A stretch of 64,000 nucleotides of DNA from an uncultured Methanosarcinaceae archaeon (lineage in GTDB: Archaea > Halobacteriota > Methanosarcinia > Methanosarcinales > Methanosarcinaceae). Positions 56,663-64,000 of this stretch are shown here, one piece after another. The notes beneath the pieces were generated by a model. The model saw nothing but the letters and a program-made list of their open reading frames with translations, was not told where the DNA came from and made no database searches. The stretch covers positions 192,001 to 256,000 of the forward strand of contig CAVSHT010000004.1 of NCBI GenBank assembly GCA_963727895.1, given 5' to 3'. The position numbers and the translations under genes are program-made. Position 1 is the first letter of the stretch; each line of letters begins with the position of its first letter.

Positions 56663-57117
56663 GACTGTGGTGAAAAAAATCTGATTTTATTGTAAAGAAC
56701 GTTTTTTTAACTGGTATTATGAAATTTGCAGGATAAGATCTTTTATAGGTTCGAAGGTGGCTGAAAAAGCTCAAATCCCCTGCAAACTTCACAGTACCTG
56801 TTAAAGCCATACTTCATCTTTTAATTTTTCAACGGTATTTATTGCTTTATAATATCCTTCTAGATCTGATTTATTTTTAAATTTTTGCAACAGAACCAGT
56901 TTAAAAACTTTCTAATATACAACATTTCCACAACTGATGAAGTTAATTATATTTGAGAATTCAGTTACAAAGGTTCTGTTGCAAAAAAATTGTAAGAAAA
57001 ATACAAAAGAATGAAGAATAAACCAGGTAGTAATATGCTATCTATTTTCTTTTAAAGAGAACTTTACAGTTCTCATTGCAACGTAAGAATAATGTCTACT
57101 TTATAAAGTGGGTTTTT

Positions 57118-57264
57118 ATGAAAAACAATAACGACCTCAATCTCAAGGTCAACAATCTTATCAAGAGTATATTCAGCGATGCCCTGAGCGTCTCTCTGAA
57201 AGACCCCTACAATGCAGCCTTTTTCAGGGCTATGCTGGCACAGAAAAAAGCGGCCTCAAAATGA
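57118..57264 (+). pseudogene. Short N-terminal gene fragment, possibly of a radical SAM protein
   Basis: MKNNNDLNLKVN...KDP...AQKKAASK ends abruptly. Family assignment is from memory and weak. Confidence 0.3.
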
Positions 57265-57277
57265 AAATGATTCTATG

Positions 57278-57925
57278 TTAACATAATAAATCGAAAACCT
57301 TTCTACCGATGCGGACGATGCTTGCACCTTCTTCGATTGCTATTTGATAATCGTCTGTCATTCCCATTGAGAGATATTGAAAATGTTTTTTTGAATGCTT
57401 CTCTGCTTTATCTTTTAAGTCTTTTAATTCTTTGAAATATTTCCTTGAATCTTTTGGGTCTTCGCTTTTCGGCGGGATTGTCATCAGACCTTCAAAACTT
57501 AAGTATTTGAGAGTTGATATTTGCTCTAGGAGTTTCAAGAGATCTTCGGGCTTTACGCCTGTGTGTTTTTTTTCGTCTGTCTTCACTTGTATAAGGATTT
57601 TCTGAATTGTTTTATTTTCTTTTGCTGCATCGTTTATCTTTTCTGCAAGTTCGTATGAATCAACACTTTCTATTAAATAGGGATTCAGGTTTACTACTTT
57701 TTTTGCTTTGTTTAACTGGAGTGTGCCAATGAAGTGAGTTTTTATCTCAGGTGGAAGATGTAGAGCCAAACATTTCATCTGCTGGTAATGGTTGAAGCCT
57801 ATGTCTGTAACGCCTGCTTTTACGGCTTCTTCTATTTGTATTTTTGAGGCATATTTTACTGCAACGACAAGTGTTACATCAGAGGGTATCGTTTTTAAAA
57901 GTTCTTTTACATTGTCTTTGATCAT
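57278..57925 (-). CDS. yggS: YggS family PLP-binding protein
   Basis: LVVAVK, HFIGTLQ.NK, SVDS, GLMTIPP, LSMGMTDDY.IAIEEGA..VRIG. Confidence 0.92.
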   Translation of the reverse strand: MIKDNVKELLKTIPSDVTLVVAVKYASKIQIEEAVKAGVTDIGFNHYQQMKCLALHLPPEIKTHFIGTLQLNKAKKVVNLNPYLIESVDSYELAEKINDAAKENKTIQKILIQVKTDEKKHTGVKPEDLLKLLEQISTLKYLSFEGLMTIPPKSEDPKDSRKYFKELKDLKDKAEKHSKKHFQYLSMGMTDDYQIAIEEGASIVRIGRKVFDLLC

Positions 57926-58056
57926 ATGTTATCATTTTCTTCGATAATATGTTGTTATTGTATGCAGAGATTTATAGCATTTTGTCTCTTTTAGAATGAG
58001 CATTTCTAATCCTAAGTAATCGTATAATATCTTTTTTATGACTTCAATGGTACACA

Positions 58057-59216
58057 GATGGTCCATTTTTATTTGATTGATGTTTTAAAACACCTGAATG
58101 TCAGCAGTTCCTTTAAAGTCTATATTGAGTCCACAATTCCTGCTTTTCTTGCAGGTGTATTTTTACATTCAATCCCTCTTTCATCTTTGTACTTCAATCC
58201 TCCATGACCTCTACAGAAGTTAAAATGGGTACAATATAACCTCATTTGATACTCTAACTATTCTTTCGCTTTTGAAAATCCTATTGTTTTTCTTGAAACT
58301 CTGTTGTTATCCTGCCTAAAAGTCAGGTTTTGTCTTTCAAGTAAAGTTGTTGAGATTTCGCTTTGTTCAATGTCTTTTCCAAAGATAGTCTTCTTCTCTA
58401 CTTTCTTAAGTAACCCATTTATTCTTATTTTGACTACCTGTGCATATTTCAAATCATCAGAGGGAAAAATTTTTGGTTTCTTTGGTCTTCCTCTTTTCCC
58501 AGTCCTTGGAAACTCAATCAAAACTCCAAAATGTTTCAAAGGAGCTTCTCTATAAAAGTTCAACCCATCTGTGACAAAAAAGGGATTTTATCAGAAAGAT
58601 GTTTTTTAACTGACTCAATTAATTTATCCGCAACATACTGTTTTCTTGGTCCGATTACAAAGTCAAGTATTAGCCTACAACCTGGTGCAAAAGCTATCCA
58701 CATCCATGGTCCATCATCTTCATAATCTTTCATTCTAGGATTTTTTTTTGAATTATTACCCATAGTTCATCCATTTCTATCTTGGGTACATCCATGTTTT
58801 TCATCATGCTGTCATTTACTTTATTGCCTTGGTTAGCTGCACGAGCTAACCATCGTTTTAGACTGGCAGATTCTACCTCTAAAACATCGGCAATGGCTTC
58901 AATGCTCATACCTTTCATAGACATTTTTAAAGTTAAATCAATAGTTTTCTCAGCTTTGCGAAGATTATGATAAAAAGTGTCTGTATGGTCGTTAAATACT
59001 TTACCGCAATGGCAGCAAAGATATTTTCTTGTTTTTTTCCACGACTTATGTAAGTTCCATTTCCAGCAACATTGCCTTGGTTAGTAAGACCATAGAGCTT
59101 GCAGTTTTTGTTTGGGCAGGAAACGCCAATGAATTGTGGTTTTGGACCTCGTTTCCCCATAATATAAACATATGAGTTTCTAATATATAATACCAATCAG
59201 ATACAAATAGACCATC
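58057..59216 (-). mobile_element. Decayed 1160-bp IS1-like element (long type), 8-bp TSD GGTACACA
   Basis: Imperfect IRs GATGGTC(C/T)ATTT.TAT.TGATTG. TSD at 58049-58056 and 59217-59224. Fragments carry CPN..C, EMDELW and LLERQNLTFRQDN; several frameshifts and stops. Confidence 0.88.
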
Positions 59217-59789
59217 GGTACACACACATCGAAGGAAAAAATATACTCATTTTTGAAAAGGTTTCAATATATGGCGGTTTTAAAAATCATGTTCACAGTC
59301 TTTGGAATAACATATAACTCAAACACACAGCTCTAATCAGTCAATATCAAAAATTTTCGTTGAGTGAACAAAATTAGCTTGAAATTTAGAATTTTTCTCG
59401 CTTTTCTGGCACTTACGTTAATTGGAAATATCAAAAAAGGCTGAAAGCTAGTGTATATTAATTCAAGAATACACTACATCATCATTTATGGCTTTATAGA
59501 AAGCCTATCCAAAGAAGCTCCAAGAAACTGAAAAGAAACAAGTAGTTTTGTAGAATGTTTAAAAACTTCCTGTTTTTGGATTGCTGCCCATAAGTGACTT
59601 ATAAGTAGATGTAGAACAAAATTTACTAAGACTTATATTATTAATCAAACTCAACAATGAAGAATTTTTCGTTTTAGACTGCACAGTTAAATAAGTTTAA
59701 AACAGCATTATCCAAGAAAAGAACAAAACTAAAAGAGATAATTTTTCAGCCAATAATATAAATAATATATATTTTATTGAAGTGCTCAT

Positions 59790-60437
59790 ATGTTAGATCC
59801 AAATTATCTTATAGATTTATTTTTGAATCTTGATACTCACTTAAGTGCAATAACAAATGAATATGGTCTATTAACGTACTTACTGTTGTTTGTTATTGTC
59901 TTTTGTGAGACTGGGCTGGTAGTAACTCCTTTCTTACCGGGTGATTCTTTTATCTTTGCAGCTGGAGCTCTGGCTGCCAGTGGTTCATTCAATTTATTTA
60001 CTATTTTAGTTGTTTTATGTCTTGCAGCCGTTGCAGGAGATACTGTCAATTATCAAATAGGTCATTTATTAAGAGATAGAGTAGCAAGTAGTGAAAATAT
60101 ACCTTTTATTAAACAGGAACATCTTGACCGTACACATGCATTCTTTGAGAAGTATGGGGTAAAAACAATAATTATAGCCCGCTTTGTCCCTATCATCCGT
60201 ACCTTTGCACCGTTTGTAGCAGGAATTGGAACAATGCCCTATCCGACATTCATTAGCTACAATGTCATTGGGGGAGTTGCATGGGTAATGTCGTTTCTTT
60301 TTGGAGGATACTTCTTTGGAAACTTGCCAGTTGTAAAAGATAACTTCAGCTTTGTAATACTTGGAGTAATTCTTATTTCGTTACTTCCAGGCATTATCGC
60401 ATATATTCAGAGTAAACGTGATCTAGAAAGCGCATGA
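59790..60437 (+). CDS. dedA: DedA family membrane protein
   Basis: FCETGL.V.PFLPGDS, GD.VNY.IG, ARFVPIIRTFAPFVAG. Confidence 0.92.
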   Translation: MLDPNYLIDLFLNLDTHLSAITNEYGLLTYLLLFVIVFCETGLVVTPFLPGDSFIFAAGALAASGSFNLFTILVVLCLAAVAGDTVNYQIGHLLRDRVASSENIPFIKQEHLDRTHAFFEKYGVKTIIIARFVPIIRTFAPFVAGIGTMPYPTFISYNVIGGVAWVMSFLFGGYFFGNLPVVKDNFSFVILGVILISLLPGIIAYIQSKRDLESA

Positions 60438-60627
60438 TTAAATGAAGACTTAGCATAGATCCTCAAAGTTATCTATTCCTAATATACTTTTAAGAGTGCT
60501 TTCATGATAAAAAATTCGATTGATAATTCAAAAATACAACGTTCAAAAAGCAAATTAAAGTTTAAGAAAGCTAAATAGAAAATTTTATTTCATAAAACCT
60601 AGACTCTAAACCTTGTGAGGTATTCTT

Positions 60628-61596
60628 TTGAAAATAGGAACCCTGGTAAAAGTTATTGTGACCCTTTTATTTCTCACGGCTGGGGTGCTTCTAGTTCAAA
60701 GTTACTGGATAGATATCGCGCCTATTCTTAAAGAAGTGTTGAACACACTTGAGGGAACAAGGTTACGTTATGTTTTTCTGGCTATTTCAGTGTACTTGCT
60801 AAGTGTGTACTTATACTCAGTCCGCTGGCAGCAGGTTCTCTCCTGTATAGGTTATGATCCAAAAGCCACGAAACTTGTTCCGATTTATTTTGGAGCAGTA
60901 TTTATAAACAATGTTACTCCAGGAGGAAATATGGCAGGAGGAGAATCCTTTAGGATTCTGTGGGCCAATAAACTCTTTGGGATAAGTTATACCAATGCCT
61001 TCAAGACGATCTTTTTCGAAAGATTAGTTGAAGCAATTCCTGTTGCTTTTTTATTTATTTATATCCTGTATTCATTTCCCTCTTTAGAGATTAAATTACT
61101 GCCTCATGGTTTAACTTTACGAACAATCCATTTACTTTTCATAGTTATTTTGATAGCAGGAATCATAACATGGGTTTTTCGAGAGAAATTTGTGTCTCTT
61201 TTAAAGGTTATACAGCAAAACTGGAATCTGTTCAAAAAATCATTTATTCCTGTCCTCTTTTTATCTTGTGGAGTCTGGGTCCTTGATGTAATACGCCTCA
61301 AATTAGTCTCTTTAGCTCTGAATATCAATCTCTCTTTAAATTTAATAATAACAGTTTCAATTCTATCTTTCTTTCTAGGAGCTCTGCCATTAACTCCAGG
61401 AGGGCTTGGAATCATTGAAGGAGGATTGATATCTTTACTTCTGTATTTTGGGCTATCCGTTGCGTCAGCAAGCAGTTTCGTTTTACTGGAACGTATTATT
61501 TCTTATGGGATCAGCAGCATAATAGGATTTTTATACCTGTCTTATTATGGAGGCTTCAAGATATGGGAAAAAGCAAAAAAAGAAAAACTACGCTGA
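60628..61596 (+). CDS. UPF0104/lysylphosphatidylglycerol synthase TM-region (flippase-like) protein
   Basis: RW, NNVTPG..AGGE..R, ERL.E, P.TPGGLGIIE. Confidence 0.85.
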   Translation: MKIGTLVKVIVTLLFLTAGVLLVQSYWIDIAPILKEVLNTLEGTRLRYVFLAISVYLLSVYLYSVRWQQVLSCIGYDPKATKLVPIYFGAVFINNVTPGGNMAGGESFRILWANKLFGISYTNAFKTIFFERLVEAIPVAFLFIYILYSFPSLEIKLLPHGLTLRTIHLLFIVILIAGIITWVFREKFVSLLKVIQQNWNLFKKSFIPVLFLSCGVWVLDVIRLKLVSLALNINLSLNLIITVSILSFFLGALPLTPGGLGIIEGGLISLLLYFGLSVASASSFVLLERIISYGISSIIGFLYLSYYGGFKIWEKAKKEKLR

Positions 61597-61702
61597 CCTC
61601 CAATTAATTGCAATTATCTCGAAACCTGATTTATTTTTTCCTGATCAAATGCAAACAAACTGAAAAACCTATTAGTGACAGCTCTTTCAGTTTCCCGATT
61701 TC

Positions 61703-62374
61703 TTACTTCATTTCGGCCTTTTTCAGCTCTTCTCTTATATTTTCTACAGTCTTCCAAGACTGTCTAACTATTACAGGGAATTCTCCAGAGTGCTCTTTTC
61801 CCCAATTCAGCAGGAATTCTTTTGTTTTCGGGTCTGAAGGATAACCGCTGCCGAAGTCCAGACCCCATTTTTTCTTTAATTCTTCTATAAGTTCATCTCT
61901 GCGGACCTTCGCAATAATTGAGGCTGCCGAAACAACAGGATAAATAGCGTCTGCCTGATGCATAGAAATTATTTCTATCTCTTTTGCATGAGTAGGACTG
62001 GTTTTTGCGTACTGCTTACGGAGGTTATCTGCAAAGCGTTCGGCTTTGACATCAGCAGCATCAGCATATATAATATCTGGTTTTAACTGTTCGAGAACTT
62101 TTGAAAAACAGACAACCATGATTTCATTCATTGTCATAATCTTTCGAAGTTCATCTATCTGAGAAGGGCTGACTTCAAGAACAAAAAAGCCGTCTGCATG
62201 TTTTTTAATCTGAGATGCAAGTTGCTCTCGCTTTTTTGGCGTCAATTTCTTGGAATCTGCAACCCCAAGAACTTTGAGGATATGAGCTTTAGATTCTTCA
62301 ATTTTTACGCCTCCTATGCACATGGGCCCAATTACTGGACCTTTTCCAGCTTCGTCTATTCCTGCGATCATCAT
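61703..62374 (-). CDS. rnhB: Ribonuclease HII
   Basis: GIDEAGKGPVIGP, DSKKL, VSAASIIAKV.RD, GSGYPSD. Confidence 0.95.
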   Translation of the reverse strand: MMIAGIDEAGKGPVIGPMCIGGVKIEESKAHILKVLGVADSKKLTPKKREQLASQIKKHADGFFVLEVSPSQIDELRKIMTMNEIMVVCFSKVLEQLKPDIIYADAADVKAERFADNLRKQYAKTSPTHAKEIEIISMHQADAIYPVVSAASIIAKVRRDELIEELKKKWGLDFGSGYPSDPKTKEFLLNWGKEHSGEFPVIVRQSWKTVENIREELKKAEMK

Positions 62375-62624
62375 TTCTTGATGCCTCCTAATTTGAAGAA
62401 AGAGGGCTTGTTATTATTTTAAAAAGTAGGTAAAGATGGAATTTACCTAGTATTAACAGAACTCTATAAGAACTTTCTAAGATAACGAGTCTTCATTCAT
62501 TTGAACTTAATGGCTTGACACATTTTTGTTGAGTTATTTTCAGTTTTCTGAGGAAAATTTATACATATTTTCCTAAGGTACTATCATAATACAGAGCTAA
62601 AGTTTCTAACAGGTATTAGACGGT

Positions 62625-63680
62625 TCATCCAAACCAGTTTCTACCCAGTCTCTTTTCCTTCATCCCATGCCTACTTACATAAACTTCATACTCTTTTTTA
62701 TTATTCTTGTCGAAAACAAACCTGTAAAAAGATTTGAAGTAAGCAAGTTCTTGAATGCAAGGATTTCTGACGTCACTAAGGATAACCACTATAGAGTCTT
62801 TTGTTTCGGAAATCGAGAAGATAGGATAATCAATTTCCTGAGGAACGCCTGTTCTATAGAGTTTTTCGACTCGTTTAACATAAGCAGCACTATTAGAGAT
62901 ATTTCCCTCTACAGAAACTTTTTTAACATACAGACTTTTCTCGATTCCTGAAAGATAACTTATTTCTAGGACTTTGTAATGGGTAGAATTATATGAGTAA
63001 GCTGCCAAGAATTTGTTTACTGATTCTGGATAAGTGTTCTGATAGCTTATTTCAGCTTTTTCTGTCCAGGAAACCCGGCTTATCAAGAAAGCTTTTGAAA
63101 TCGGCATAACAGTAAGCCAGAAGAGTAATATAAAAATAAACAAGGCATAAAGTTTGTCGTCAAATTTTGATATGAAAGTGAAAAAACTATTTATTTTTCC
63201 TTTAAGATATACCCTTTTACTCAAATTTCCCATAATCAAAATAAATAGGAGTAGAAGAGGAAGCAAATTTAACAGAGGGTCAAAAAAATAAATTGCATCC
63301 ATAATTGAAGCGTCCTTACTGAAAGGATAGAAGGGACGCATTTTCCAGCTTGTGACATAGTCAAGGTAAGAATGAAAAAAAAGAGATTGGAATCCTCCTA
63401 TAGTAAAAAGCCAATCTTTTGTTTTAAACCATATAATGAAAGTAATCAGAAATATAAAAAGGATTGAATGCATGAACTCTCTGTGCCCTATAAGGTAAAA
63501 AAGCTGATTTCTGCCCTCTGGACTAAGGCTGTTATTCACAAAGATAAATGCCGAATACAGAATAAAATCCAGATCAGGAAAAACAGATAATAAAACTACA
63601 ATTTTTAGTTTATTTCCTTTCAGGCCTAAGGCCATAGCAATGAGAAAACCTACTCCCATATGGGAAATTACATTTACCAT
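62625..63680 (-). CDS. Membrane-bound metal-dependent hydrolase (YdjM-like)
   Basis: SH, PDLD, HREFMHS, HSYLD, PFYPF. Confidence 0.82.
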   Translation of the reverse strand: MVNVISHMGVGFLIAMALGLKGNKLKIVVLLSVFPDLDFILYSAFIFVNNSLSPEGRNQLFYLIGHREFMHSILFIFLITFIIWFKTKDWLFTIGGFQSLFFHSYLDYVTSWKMRPFYPFSKDASIMDAIYFFDPLLNLLPLLLLFILIMGNLSKRVYLKGKINSFFTFISKFDDKLYALFIFILLFWLTVMPISKAFLISRVSWTEKAEISYQNTYPESVNKFLAAYSYNSTHYKVLEISYLSGIEKSLYVKKVSVEGNISNSAAYVKRVEKLYRTGVPQEIDYPIFSISETKDSIVVILSDVRNPCIQELAYFKSFYRFVFDKNNKKEYEVYVSRHGMKEKRLGRNWFG

Positions 63681-64000
63681 GATCCTTAATCCCTGAAGTG
63701 GATTTTTTATATTTAATAATCTATAAAATATTACAGATATATTTATTCTTTTTGAAAAACCGCATTCAAGAGTTTTAAAGTTGTATTTATTTTGAGAAAA
63801 GTAGAAAGTGATATATAATATTTAAAAAAGTTTGTTGTTGAAAATCACATTTATACTAGATGTTTTTCATTTTGGTAGGGTAGTTGTGTAACTAAGCAAT
63901 AAAACAGAGAAGAGCTAAGAAAACCCTATTTTACAAAGAATTCAGATATTTTTAAATGAAAACAAAAAAGCTAGCGATGGTTCACTCCATCTACAATCAG

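Overview
64 kb of a Methanosarcina-type (methanogenic archaeal) chromosome, inferred from gene content, a PGF-CTERM/PKD surface protein and IS types. The backbone is housekeeping: beta-CASP nuclease, topA, tsr3, two-subunit fumarase, nudC, Ca2+ P-type ATPase, the trmY-pus10-rpl21e-rpoF-DUF655-rsmA-hemK2 cluster, cyclophilin, leuC/hacA, hisE, NOG1 GTPase, yggS, dedA and rnhB. It is heavily invaded by mobile DNA: seven copies of a ~740-bp IS1-family element (several truncate neighbouring genes), a decayed 1160-bp IS1-like element, a 143-bp MITE and orphan IS6-like ends. A relic integrative element (~35.5-42.3 kb) carries a tyrosine integrase, a divergent RFC-small clamp-loader ATPase, a ParB-like gene and a tandem-RHH/thioredoxin-fold gene. 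Main signals outside the ORF track: (i) a candidate sRNA at ~22.53-22.66 kb (TATA box, 11-bp closing helix, several anti-Shine-Dalgarno motifs); (ii) a CAT-family gene whose only defect is one in-frame amber codon (possible pyrrolysine readthrough); (iii) a 1.9-kb ORF-free, very AT-rich region with many inverted repeats, near a stand-alone InsA-like Zn-finger/HTH gene; (iv) small unannotated ORFs. Single-base frameshifts cluster in the first 7.3 kb, including in topA, and suggest local sequence error. No rRNA, tRNA or CRISPR array was recognised. All calls are from reading the sequence; no searches were run.
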